Position numbers and translations under genes: made by a program. A DNA stretch of 64,000 nt from Pseudomonadales bacterium (GTDB lineage Bacteria; Patescibacteriota; Microgenomatia; UBA1400; PJMF01): the NCBI GenBank assembly GCA_020632265.1, contig JACKFW010000001.1:855272-919271 (forward strand), given 5' to 3'. The notes below the pieces were generated by a model that had not been told where the DNA came from, made no database searches, and worked only from the letters and a program-made list of their open reading frames with translations. Below are positions 17,521 through 26,900 of this stretch, one piece after another. Every line of letters begins with the position of its first letter. The first letter of the stretch is position 1.

Positions 17521-19965
17521 ATGAACTTAGTAATTGTTGAATCACCTACGAAAGCTAGAAAATTAACGAAATACTTGGGTAGTGAGTATACAGTCGAAGC
17601 TTCAGTGGGTCATATTAGAGATCTTCCTAAATCGGGACTAAGTGTTGATGTTGAGCATGATTTTGAACCAACTTATGAAATTTCAAAAGACAAAATAAAA
17701 GTTGTCAGTAGATTAAGAGCATTAGCTAGTAAAGCTGAAAAAATTTATTTAGCAACTGATCCTGACCGTGAGGGAGAGGCTATTGGTTGGCATATTAAAT
17801 ATTTATTAGAGTCAGCTAAAGGTAAAAATAAAACCTCAGCAAAGTTTTTTAGAGCAACATTTCATGAAATTACCCAAAGTGCTGTTTTAAAAGCAATTGA
17901 AAACCCCGGTGAGTTAAATATTAATCTAATTGACGCTCAACAAGCTCGTAGAGTTGTGGATAGATTAGTTGGCTATAAATTATCTCCAGTTTTATGGAAA
18001 AAGGTTCGCCGAGGTCTTTCGGCAGGAAGAGTTCAATCTGTAGCGCTACGCTTAATTGTCGATCGTGAACGAGAGATTGAGGTTTTTATTCCAGAGGAGT
18101 ATTGGGAAATAGATGTTGCTATGAGCAAATTAAAACTTGGTAGCTCAAAAGTGTTTGATAAGGATCTAAAAGTTACGGAAAACCTGAATGATGAAATATT
18201 TATTGCAAGAGTTGTTGAAGTTGATGGCAATAAATATGATCCAAAAGTTGAAAAAGATGTTACTCCATTGGTGTCAATATTGCCAACAGCTGACTATGTA
18301 GTTGATTCAATAGAAAAGAAGGAGCGAAAACGCTCTAGTCAACCTCCGTTTACTACTTCAACAATGCAACAAAAAGCTGCAACTATGTTTGGTTATAGTG
18401 GCAAACAAACAATGAGATTAGCTCAGCAATTATATGAAGAGGGTTTAATCACTTATCATCGTACTGACTCTTTTAACCTTTCCAATTCTGCTGTTAGCAT
18501 GGCGAGAGATTTTATCTCAAAGGAATATGGAAATAAGTATCTACCATCAAAGCCAGTATTATTCTCAAATAAAAGCAAGAATGCTCAAGAAGCTCATGAA
18601 GCTATTCGTGTAACCCAAATTGAAATCCGAGCTAAAGATTTGCTGGCTAAAAGTGCAAAATTTAGTCCACAACATGTTAAGTTGTATGACCTAATATGGA
18701 GAAGATTTGTTGCGAGTCAAATGACCAATGGATTATATGATCAAACATCAGTAAAAATTAATTTTGTTAGTAATAAAAAGACCAGCGAAGTAAAAAAAGG
18801 AGTTCTTAAAACTTCTGGATCTGTATTAAAGTTTGATGGTTGGATGAAGTTATTCCCAAATAGGGAAGATTCATTGTTACCCGAACTTGCTGAAAAACAA
18901 GATTTGAATTATCTAGACCAAGCAGCTGCTCAAAAATTTACTCAACCTCCTGCCAGATATAACGATGCTTCATTAATAAAAGAGCTTGAGAAAAGAGGAG
19001 TTGGAAGACCAAGCACTTATGCCTCTATTATTTCTGTTATTATCGATCGGGGTTATATTGAGAGAATACAAAAAAAGTTTTTTGCATCAAATGTCGGTAT
19101 GACTGTAAGTGACTTTTTATTACAACATTTTCCTCAAGTAATGGATTATGAATTCACGGCAGAAATGGAGGAAGATTTAGATAGAATTTCTAGAGGTGAA
19201 AAACAATGGAGAAAAGTTGTTGGTGATTTTTATAAACCTCTAGAAAAGAAGATTGAGAATGTAACTGAGAAGGCTGAGAGAACTCAAATTCCTGTAGAAA
19301 AGACTGGAGAAAAATGTCCAGATTGTTCTGCTGAACATGGTGGTGAAATTGTTATTAGGTCTGGAAAATTTGGCAAGTTTATGAGTTGCAATCGTTTTCC
19401 AGAATGTAAATATACCAAAAACATTGTGGAAACAGTTGAAGATGTTGTTTGTCCTTTATGCCAAAAAGGCGAAGTTACAATGAAGAATACCAGATGGGGA
19501 AAGCCATTTTTCGGTTGTGGAAATTATCCAAAATGCAATTGGGCATCTTGGAAGAAGCCTGAAAAGGGCGAGGTAATGACAAAAGAAGAATGGAAAGTTC
19601 TTCAAGAGGCAAGAGAAGAGAGAAAGAAAAAATGGGCCGAAAGGAAAAGTGGAAAATCCACCACCGCGCTGTCAAAAAAAGCAATTAAACAGCCTAAAAA
19701 ACCCGCCAAATTTGTAAATAAACTTGCCGAAGTCGCAAACAAACCTGCTAAAGTCGCAAACAAACCTGCTAAAATTGCAAACAAACCTGCCAAAGATACG
19801 AAAGAACCTGATGGCGAAGTTGTAAAAATGCCGACTAAAGTCAAGAAAAGATCAACAAAAATTAAGAAAAAACCTACCAAAGTCGCAAACAAACCTGCTA
19901 AAGATATAAAAGAATCTGCTGGCGAAGTTGTAAAAAAAACTAAAACTAAGGCTACTAAAAAGTAA
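17521..19965 (+). CDS. topA: DNA topoisomerase I with C-terminal zinc-ribbon domains and a Lys-rich repetitive tail
   Basis: Toprim N-terminus (LVIVESPTKARKL, DPDREGE), catalytic-Tyr region (YHRTDS), several Cys4 ribbons (CPDC...C..C; CPLC...C..C), and a tail with KPAKVANKPAK repeats. Confidence 0.9.
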   Translation: MNLVIVESPTKARKLTKYLGSEYTVEASVGHIRDLPKSGLSVDVEHDFEPTYEISKDKIKVVSRLRALASKAEKIYLATDPDREGEAIGWHIKYLLESAKGKNKTSAKFFRATFHEITQSAVLKAIENPGELNINLIDAQQARRVVDRLVGYKLSPVLWKKVRRGLSAGRVQSVALRLIVDREREIEVFIPEEYWEIDVAMSKLKLGSSKVFDKDLKVTENLNDEIFIARVVEVDGNKYDPKVEKDVTPLVSILPTADYVVDSIEKKERKRSSQPPFTTSTMQQKAATMFGYSGKQTMRLAQQLYEEGLITYHRTDSFNLSNSAVSMARDFISKEYGNKYLPSKPVLFSNKSKNAQEAHEAIRVTQIEIRAKDLLAKSAKFSPQHVKLYDLIWRRFVASQMTNGLYDQTSVKINFVSNKKTSEVKKGVLKTSGSVLKFDGWMKLFPNREDSLLPELAEKQDLNYLDQAAAQKFTQPPARYNDASLIKELEKRGVGRPSTYASIISVIIDRGYIERIQKKFFASNVGMTVSDFLLQHFPQVMDYEFTAEMEEDLDRISRGEKQWRKVVGDFYKPLEKKIENVTEKAERTQIPVEKTGEKCPDCSAEHGGEIVIRSGKFGKFMSCNRFPECKYTKNIVETVEDVVCPLCQKGEVTMKNTRWGKPFFGCGNYPKCNWASWKKPEKGEVMTKEEWKVLQEAREERKKKWAERKSGKSTTALSKKAIKQPKKPAKFVNKLAEVANKPAKVANKPAKIANKPAKDTKEPDGEVVKMPTKVKKRSTKIKKKPTKVANKPAKDIKESAGEVVKKTKTKATKK
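19700..19945 (+). repeat. coding tandem repeat: 21-bp AAACCTGCTAAAGTCGCAAAC units plus a ~50-bp duplication, encoding the Lys/Ala/Pro-rich tail of TopA
   Basis: Direct repeats are visible in the nucleotide sequence at 19720-19800 and 19870-19940. Confidence 0.7.
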
Positions 19966-20013
19966 GTTTGCTAAGAATATTATAAGAAATTGTCAAAAAG
20001 TGGAAAAATTTTT

Positions 20014-20580
20014 ATGAATATTGCAATTTTTGGAGGCGCTTTTGATCCTCCACATCTTGGTCATAAATTCGTCGCAGATTCATTGATTGAAAAAAAAATT
20101 GTTGATGAAGTATGGTTTGTGCCAGTTTTTAAGCATCCTTGGGCCAATAGATATAATAAAAAACAGTTAGCACCTTACGATTCAAGAGTAGCAATGATAG
20201 GAATGTTTATTTCTGATCATCAAAAGATTGCTCATTTTAAAGACGTTAGCTTTACTTACGACACGCTCATATATTTTCAAAAAAAATTTCCTCAACATAC
20301 TTTTTCATGGGTGATGGGTACCGAATATCTTGGCCGTTTTGATGATTTTTTGGCAGGACATCCAAAACTTCTTGATTTTCATTTTTATATTTATCCAAGA
20401 GCAGGCTATCCTTTTGAAGAAAAATTGTTAAAGAAAAATATGACTTTTTTGGTAAATATGAAGGAAATAAGAGCATCTTCGACAGATATTAAAGCAAAGC
20501 TAAATGACGGCACCAACATTGAAAATTTAGTTTCCGCTGGAGTAAATCAATATATAAAAGCTAATAAATTATATATTTAG
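20014..20580 (+). CDS. nadD: nicotinate-nucleotide adenylyltransferase
   Basis: IAIFGGAFDPPHLGH (HxGH nucleotidyltransferase motif near the N-terminus). The ATG at 20014 gives the canonical NadD N-terminus. An in-frame ATG at 19990 would add 8 aa. Confidence 0.8.
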   Translation: MNIAIFGGAFDPPHLGHKFVADSLIEKKIVDEVWFVPVFKHPWANRYNKKQLAPYDSRVAMIGMFISDHQKIAHFKDVSFTYDTLIYFQKKFPQHTFSWVMGTEYLGRFDDFLAGHPKLLDFHFYIYPRAGYPFEEKLLKKNMTFLVNMKEIRASSTDIKAKLNDGTNIENLVSAGVNQYIKANKLYI

Positions 20581-20603
20581 ACATTTTATGTTAGAATTTT
20601 TTT

Positions 20604-21479
20604 ATGAAAAAAACAATTGATTCGCAATACAAAAGATTACTTAAAGAAATTCTTGAAAATGGAGTTTTGACTAAGACCCAACAAGAAGTTGACGCTTTAA
20701 CTTTGATGGCCCCTCAGCCTTTAAAGTTTAAACTTAAAAATGGTTTCCCAATTATTACAGAAAGAAAAATTAGTAAAAAAATTTGGGGACAGGCTATTGG
20801 TGAAATAATTGGTTTCATTAATGGTGCCAGAACACAAGATGAATTGTCAAAATATGGTTGTAGATGGTGGAATTCTTGGGTTACTGAATCCAAGTGTAAA
20901 AAAAGAGGTTTGGAAACGGGAGATATGGGTCCAGGTAGTTATGGAGCAGCATTTCATGATTTTCCAACGTCAGAAGGTCCAACTTACAATCAATTTAAAA
21001 ATATTATTGAGCAAATTAAGGAAAAGCCACACTTGAGAACTCATTTTATTTCTCCTTGGATTCCTCAGTACACGATAAGGGGCAAGGGGAAGCAACAACA
21101 AGTAGTCGTATGTCCATGCCATGGTTGGGTTCATATTCGAATTATCGATAATAAACTTACATTACACATGTTTCAAAGAAGTAGTGACACTCCAATCGGA
21201 TTGCCAGCAAACTTAGCTCAGTATGCAGCTCTGACTATGATGATTGCGCAGGCGACTGGTTATGAAGCATATGAATACATTCATAGTTTTTCTGATGCGC
21301 ATATTTATGTTGATCAAATAGAACATGTAAAAACCATCTTGAAAAGGGCAGACAAAACTTTGCCCACAATGAAGTTGAATTCAGCAAATCAAGATATTTT
21401 TAAATTTAGGGTAGATGATTTTGAGCTCACAGATTATGATCCACATCCAGGTATATGGGATATTCCGGTAGCAATATAG
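20604..21479 (+). CDS. thyA: thymidylate synthase (ThyA family)
   Basis: Catalytic-Cys region VCPCHGWVHIRI (ThyA: APCHAFFQFYV). QRSSDTPIGLPANLAQYAALTMMIAQ matches [26 protein letters not shown]. C-terminus YDPHPGIWDIPVAI matches YDPHPGIKAPVAI. Confidence 0.85.
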   Translation: MKKTIDSQYKRLLKEILENGVLTKTQQEVDALTLMAPQPLKFKLKNGFPIITERKISKKIWGQAIGEIIGFINGARTQDELSKYGCRWWNSWVTESKCKKRGLETGDMGPGSYGAAFHDFPTSEGPTYNQFKNIIEQIKEKPHLRTHFISPWIPQYTIRGKGKQQQVVVCPCHGWVHIRIIDNKLTLHMFQRSSDTPIGLPANLAQYAALTMMIAQATGYEAYEYIHSFSDAHIYVDQIEHVKTILKRADKTLPTMKLNSANQDIFKFRVDDFELTDYDPHPGIWDIPVAI

Positions 21480-21498
21480 ATTTGAAAATATATCTATT

Positions 21499-21957
21499 AT
21501 GAGAAGAAAAACAATGTCTAATTATGTAGATATCGATAACACTAGAGAAGATGAGCAAAAAAAGGTTATGGAAGAGATTATCCTCGCAGATCACTGTCCT
21601 TTTTGTGAGGAAAATCTAAGTAAATATCATAAAAATCGATTCATTAAGGAAGGTAAACACTGGATTTTAACTAAGAATCGGTGGCCTTATGAACATACGA
21701 AAGTTCATTTGCTTTTAATTTATAAAAAACATGCGACTCATCTAAATGAATTGGATTCTAAGGCTGGTAAGGAATTATTAGATTTTGTTAAATGGGCCGA
21801 ACAAAAATATCATATTGCTGGCGGTGGTTGGGCTATGCGTTTTGGAGACACAAATTATTCAGCCGGAACAGTAAATCATATTCATGTGCAGTTTATACAG
21901 CCTGACCTTAATTCCCCAAATTACAAACCAGTTAGAATTAAATTAGGCAAAGGTTGA
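21499..21957 (+). CDS. HIT-superfamily protein of the GalT-like branch (HxHxQ, CxxC zinc motif), putative nucleotidyl transferase/phosphorylase
   Basis: CPFCEEN near the N-terminus and HIHVQFI (an HxHxQ triad variant). Confidence 0.55.
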   Translation: MRRKTMSNYVDIDNTREDEQKKVMEEIILADHCPFCEENLSKYHKNRFIKEGKHWILTKNRWPYEHTKVHLLLIYKKHATHLNELDSKAGKELLDFVKWAEQKYHIAGGGWAMRFGDTNYSAGTVNHIHVQFIQPDLNSPNYKPVRIKLGKG

Positions 21958-22100
21958 TCGAAAGTAAACAAGTCCACTTGGTTAGAATTAAACTAGGCAA
22001 AGGTTGATCGAAAGTAAACAAGTCCACTTGGTTAGAATTAAACTAGGCAAAGGTTGATCGAAAGTAAACAAGTCCACTTGGTTAGAATTAAACTAGGCCG
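21931..22100 (+). repeat. 50-bp tandem repeat, about 3.4 copies, beginning inside the 3' end of the HIT gene and re-copying its TGA stop
   Basis: GTTAGAATTAAAYTAGGCAAAGGTTGATCGAAAGTAAACAAGTCCACTTG recurs at 21931, 21981 and 22031, with a partial copy at 22081. Confidence 0.9.
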
Positions 22101-22197
22101 CTTAGAATGGAATTAAGTTAGGGTCGATAGAGAAATTATGATAACTTTGGTTAAAATTAAGTCGATAATTGGTTATCAGAGTTAATTTCAATTAAGA

Positions 22198-23094
22198 TTA
22201 AGTAGTAATTTTGATAATTTCGACACCAGATTTCTTAAGCAATTCTTCTCCATCAGTCATTGAGTAACCTTCGTAGTAGAATAATTTTGAGATACCACTG
22301 CATGCGACTAATTTTGCGCAAGGTGGACAGGGAAAAGTTGTGACATAAATTTCTGATTTATTTAAGGTTATGCCATTTTTTGCTGCGTTTGCAATTAAAG
22401 CAGCTTCAGCGTGTATCGCGGTAGATATCTCAATATTTTTTCCTTTATGAAAGCTATTTCTAGGATCACTATCGATATAAGGTGTGTAAGGAGAGGGTAG
22501 ATGTGTATTGTGGGCAATGGAAATAATTTTATTATCTTTAAGCAAAACTGCTCCCACTTGACGCCACCAATCAGAGCTTAGTTCTGCTTGTGTTTTTGCA
22601 ATCGAGATAATTCTTTTGGAAAATCCAGCTAAAGAAAGTGATTCAGATGGAACAATCTTTTGTTTCTCAACACTGTTAAATCGATTCCATCTTAAAAAAG
22701 TTCGATCAAATTTTATATTTTCATTTGATAAATATTTTTCAGCAAGCCAGAAAAAAATATCTTCTTTTGGAAGCACGAATTTGACGTTTTTTTTATTCAT
22801 TTTGATCAATTTGTTTAATGAAAGAAGTTTAATTTCCCTTTTGGGTAAAATTGCTTTGAGTGCAAGGTTTGCTTGTTTAGGACTAAGAGAGCGAATTTCT
22901 TTTCTTAAATAGTCGAACTCTTTGTCAATGACATTTATTAATGAAGTATTTATGATGAAAATTTCACTCGATGGGTATTTGTTTAAAAATTTAAAATATC
23001 CTTTATGAATTACGGGTAAATAGATAAGGATTTTTGATTTCATAATAATACATCTATTTTTTATTAGTTTTATATTTGATTGTTTGAAATTCAA
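22198..23094 (-). CDS. dCMP/cytidine deaminase-family protein with an N-terminal extension of about 150 aa
   Basis: Zinc-binding deaminase motifs HAEAALIANA and PCPPCAKLV in the C-terminal half. Confidence 0.7.
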   Translation of the reverse strand: MNFKQSNIKLIKNRCIIMKSKILIYLPVIHKGYFKFLNKYPSSEIFIINTSLINVIDKEFDYLRKEIRSLSPKQANLALKAILPKREIKLLSLNKLIKMNKKNVKFVLPKEDIFFWLAEKYLSNENIKFDRTFLRWNRFNSVEKQKIVPSESLSLAGFSKRIISIAKTQAELSSDWWRQVGAVLLKDNKIISIAHNTHLPSPYTPYIDSDPRNSFHKGKNIEISTAIHAEAALIANAAKNGITLNKSEIYVTTFPCPPCAKLVACSGISKLFYYEGYSMTDGEELLKKSGVEIIKITT

Positions 23095-23099
23095 GAATA

Positions 23100-23654
23100 T
23101 TATTCTTTTAGTTCATCTAATATTTTTTCCATGGTATGAATTAATCTATTTGATATGGTTTTGGTGATTCTTTTTTCGGCACCAATTTGTACCAATCTGA
23201 TTTTGGCACTTGTTGATGTGGTAGCTTTTCTTTCTAATATTTCTACTTTGCCACAATATTTAGCTAGTTTTTCAAGCTGTTCTTGATTATATGTTTCTTT
23301 AATTGCTATCAAAACGTCTGGTCTAATAAGTTTGATTAGTTTCCATTTAGGCAGGTTCAGTTCTTTAATAATTACATGATCTACATCTTCAATATAGGTT
23401 AGCATTTCAAGACGTTCATTTTCAGGCACAACAGGTCTGTCTGGTCCTTTTCTTTTTCTAATTTTTTTATCACTATCAATACCAACGATTAGTATGTCAC
23501 CAAATTTTTTAGCTTCACAAAGATAGCGACAATGTCCTATATGCAACATGTCAAAAGATCCTGAAGTTAAAACAATTTTTTTACCAGCATTTTTATACTT
23601 TTTTACCAAAGATTCAATTGCCTCATAAGTAGTAATTTTGTATCCATTTTTCAT
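23100..23654 (-). CDS. cytidylyltransferase-like (HxGH) nucleotidyltransferase
   Basis: LTSGSFDMLHIGH close to the N-terminus (class-I-like HIGH fold, as in TagD, RfaE-II and FMN adenylyltransferase). Size 184 aa. Confidence 0.6.
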   Translation of the reverse strand: MKNGYKITTYEAIESLVKKYKNAGKKIVLTSGSFDMLHIGHCRYLCEAKKFGDILIVGIDSDKKIRKRKGPDRPVVPENERLEMLTYIEDVDHVIIKELNLPKWKLIKLIRPDVLIAIKETYNQEQLEKLAKYCGKVEILERKATTSTSAKIRLVQIGAEKRITKTISNRLIHTMEKILDELKE

Positions 23655-23707
23655 TTCTATAGCATCCTACTATATGTTTGTGTGTTGTGCTACTATGGTT
23701 GCAAGAT

Positions 23708-24214
23708 ATGAAAGTAATTCTAATGGCAGCTATAACAGTTGATGGTTACATCGGATTAACCGATAATCATCTTTCAACAAAATGGACATCCAAAGAGGAC
23801 GCTATTTTTTTTAGATCATTTTCGCGTGAGGTAGGTAATTTAGTTGTTGGCTCTAAAACTTTTAAGACTTTTAATAGAAAAATTGAAGGTAGAAAATTTT
23901 TTGTCTATTCAAATCAAGATTCAATTGAGAATTTATTTGATAATGAAATCGAGGTTGTTCATGAATCTCCAGTAGATTTAGTGAATAGATTGGAATCTCA
24001 GGGTTTTGAGAAAATTTTGATTGCAGGTGGAACAAGTGTTTATACTCAATTTATGCAGGCTAAAGTAGTAAATGAATTGTATATTACTGTTGAGCCTCAG
24101 GTATTTGGCAACGGGCAGAAACTATTTAATGCTAGTATAGAACAAAAACTGCTTCTAATTGAAATAATCAATTTATCAGATCAAACCAAAGTGTTGCATT
24201 ATAAAGTTATTTAG
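23708..24214 (+). CDS. dihydrofolate reductase-family protein (DHFR / RibD C-terminal fold)
   Basis: MKVILMAAITVDGYIG...SKEDAIFFRSF...GSKTF parallels the DHFR N-terminal beta-alpha-beta (MISLIAAL..VIG...DLAWFKRNT..GRHTW). A start at 23708 is preferred over the upstream in-frame ATG at 23678. Confidence 0.6.
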   Translation: MKVILMAAITVDGYIGLTDNHLSTKWTSKEDAIFFRSFSREVGNLVVGSKTFKTFNRKIEGRKFFVYSNQDSIENLFDNEIEVVHESPVDLVNRLESQGFEKILIAGGTSVYTQFMQAKVVNELYITVEPQVFGNGQKLFNASIEQKLLLIEIINLSDQTKVLHYKVI

Positions 24215-24302
24215 ATTATTTAGCTAACTTTATTATAATATAAGTTTTGAGCTCAAATTTAATCCAAATTATGATAAAAAAATTTAATCATTAAAAATAA
24301 AC

Positions 24303-24749
24303 ATGTCTGAAAATAAAATAAAATTAGTAATGAAGCTCTTCGATAAATCTTTGCCAAAGCCAGAGTATAAAACTAAGGGAGCAGCGGCAATCGATTTGTA
24401 TGCCAGAGTTGAAACAAAAGTACCAAAAAAAGCCATCGGATATATTCCGCTAAATATTGCGTTGCAGTTGCCAGAAAATCATTGGGCACTTTTATCAGCA
24501 AGAAGTTCGTTACACAAGAGGGGGTTGATGCTTGCAAATGGAATTGGAGTAGGTGATTATGATTATCGTGGTCCAAATGATGAATATCTAGCAGCTGTTT
24601 ACAATTTTACTGACGAAGATGTAATAATTGAAAAAGCGGAGCGGGTGATACAACTAATCGTCATGCATCGCGAACCTGTTAGGGTAATTATTACAGATAA
24701 TTTTGAAGATCCCGACAGAGGTGGTTTTGGTTCAACTGGGAAAAAATAA
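24303..24749 (+). CDS. dut: dUTP diphosphatase
   Basis: dUTPase motifs AAAIDLYA, ARSSL...GL and GVGDYDYRG. Size 148 aa. Confidence 0.8.
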   Translation: MSENKIKLVMKLFDKSLPKPEYKTKGAAAIDLYARVETKVPKKAIGYIPLNIALQLPENHWALLSARSSLHKRGLMLANGIGVGDYDYRGPNDEYLAAVYNFTDEDVIIEKAERVIQLIVMHREPVRVIITDNFEDPDRGGFGSTGKK

Positions 24750-24976
24750 TAATCAAATTTATTTTAACTGTTGCTTTTTTGTAAAACTTTTGCAATTCAT
24801 TAGCAATCATTTTTTACTCAGTTTCACTAATTCAATTAATATGTCAGTTTGAAAGTAATTTACATATTTTTTTTATATACACGATGTTGATTTTTACCTA
24901 TTGCATGTACACAATATATTGTGTTTTAGTTAAGTTTGTTGTGTTAAGAAATACGAATTCTTAATTTAGGAAAAAA

Positions 24977-25960
24977 ATGAGTGAAACTTCTTCAGTCGAG
25001 ATTAGTGATTTTATAAGAATTGAAGGTTGTAAAAATCCTCAACCTCTTTCAACTAAGAATTTAGAATTCTGGAATTATAATCCACCCGATCAAGTTGTTT
25101 TTGCAACTGGTAGCATTAGAAAAGCAATAATGCTTATTTGTCAAATTAATAATTTTTCTTTTGATGTTATAAAAAATGGGAAATTAATAAGTATAACTAA
25201 TCCTTTAGAATTACTCGGATATTTTAATGAGAATGTATACAATGGAAATGGCTCGGTAAAAAAGAAAACATTTTTAGGATATTTATTTGGAGTAGAATTA
25301 TATATACATCCTGGAGATGGAGAATCTGATTCAAATGTATCACCGGCTGATGAGGCTAAAAAAAAGGCCTTATTTTTGTACCAAGATCCAGAATTAGGAT
25401 ATCAGGGCCAAAACATTCTAATTTTTGGTTCAGATACTGTTGATTTACCGTCTTCGGCTGAAGAACCAATGGGAAAGCCAGAAAATGAAAAGGGTAACAA
25501 TCATCCATTTCCGCAATCACAAGATTTTGATAATGATGCTGATTATCAATCTGCAATAAGATTATACCTAGAAGAATGGAAAATGAGATTTTATACTTTT
25601 AGTGAGGTAATTATACACACAAATGCAATTGCAATTTTAGACTCACTTACTGGAGTTTTTATGGATTTGGAAGATAAAGCAAATTTGATATTAACATTAT
25701 TTGTAGATAGCCAAAAAATGAAAAATGCAATCCCTTATCAGGATATGGCAGGAGGTGGTATATTTCAACAATTAATTGACTGGGGAGACATTGATGCTAT
25801 TAAAGCATATTTTGATGACGCATCGTATAAATTAATTGAAAACCAGTCAAACGAGATTATTGCAATGGCACTTATGTGTCAAATCATGGGATGTCCTCAT
25901 GCTATTATTGAGTTACTTAGAATTGCAAATATAATGAGAAATACAAAAGAAGAAGTATAA
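24977..25960 (+). CDS. hypothetical protein whose N-terminal region is weakly Maf/ITPase-like (nucleotide pyrophosphatase fold)
   Basis: VVFATGSIRKAIML resembles the (S/T)GSxR(R/K) N-terminal motif of Maf/Ham1. ILIFGSDTVDL resembles Maf GADTIV. The C-terminal ~130 aa is unassigned. Confidence 0.35.
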   Translation: MSETSSVEISDFIRIEGCKNPQPLSTKNLEFWNYNPPDQVVFATGSIRKAIMLICQINNFSFDVIKNGKLISITNPLELLGYFNENVYNGNGSVKKKTFLGYLFGVELYIHPGDGESDSNVSPADEAKKKALFLYQDPELGYQGQNILIFGSDTVDLPSSAEEPMGKPENEKGNNHPFPQSQDFDNDADYQSAIRLYLEEWKMRFYTFSEVIIHTNAIAILDSLTGVFMDLEDKANLILTLFVDSQKMKNAIPYQDMAGGGIFQQLIDWGDIDAIKAYFDDASYKLIENQSNEIIAMALMCQIMGCPHAIIELLRIANIMRNTKEEV

Positions 25961-26200
25961 TTCAAAGTTGATAGAGCAGAAGTAAAACCACAAATTTTAC
26001 GAACAAACAGAAGATCTCCTAATTAATTATATTAATCAACATCGCTTCGCTCGTTCGTTAATGAGTCGCAACTAAAGTTGTTGTATTCCTATTCGTTTCA
26101 CAATATCATTTAATAGCAACTATACAAAAATGTACTTTTAAAAAAATGTTTTCTGTCGTACACTTCGTATAGAACGCAGCCCATTGGAAAGTAGACAAAT

Positions 26201-26836
26201 ATGACAGAAAATAAAGGTTTCTTAATTACACTTGAGGGCGGTGAGGGTGGTGGTAAAACTACTCAAATAGTGAGGTTACAAAACCGATTGCATAAAGCTG
26301 GGAAAGACATTGTGGTTTTAAGAGAACCCGGTGGCACAGTAATTAGCGAACAAATTCGCGAAGTTGTTTTGTCTGCCAAAAATGTTGGAATTTCATTTAC
26401 TACTGAAGTTCTACTATTTCAGGCCGCAAGAGCCCAGATTTATAGAGAAATTGTTTTGCCTTCACTAGAGGCTGGAAAAGTTGTTGTTATGGATCGGTCA
26501 AGAGATAGCTCAGTTGTTTATCAAGGTATGGTGAGGGGTTTCGGTGTAGACATGATCGAAAAACTAAATGAAATTTCTACCAAAAATACTTATCCGGATT
26601 TGACATTTTTACTAGATATTTCTGTAGATAAAGGTTTGAAGAGAAGAGAAGATTCAGGCTCGGTAAATCGAATTGATATGGAAGCTACTAATTTTCACAC
26701 CAAGGTTAGAGAAGCATACTTGAAACTTGCAAAAGAAGATCAGTCTGATCGCTGGCAAGTGATTGATGCTTCAAAAACTATCGAAGAAGTTGAAAATTCT
26801 ATGTGGGAGATTATTTCGAAAAAACTTGGAATTTAG
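26201..26836 (+). CDS. tmk: thymidylate kinase
   Basis: P-loop LITLEGGEGGGKTTQ, DR(S) motif and the typical lid region. Size 211 aa. Confidence 0.85.
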   Translation: MTENKGFLITLEGGEGGGKTTQIVRLQNRLHKAGKDIVVLREPGGTVISEQIREVVLSAKNVGISFTTEVLLFQAARAQIYREIVLPSLEAGKVVVMDRSRDSSVVYQGMVRGFGVDMIEKLNEISTKNTYPDLTFLLDISVDKGLKRREDSGSVNRIDMEATNFHTKVREAYLKLAKEDQSDRWQVIDASKTIEEVENSMWEIISKKLGI

Positions 26837-26900
26837 TTTAGAATTTATCCTGAATTTAGTTTTTTCATTCAAAAATTGAAAAATACACACCGATATTCAT

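Noticed and set aside
21931-22100. Possible CRISPR array (regular repeats)
   Set aside because: The repeats are contiguous head-to-tail 50-bp units with no intervening unique spacers, and no cas genes are nearby. The same holds for 49651-49755.
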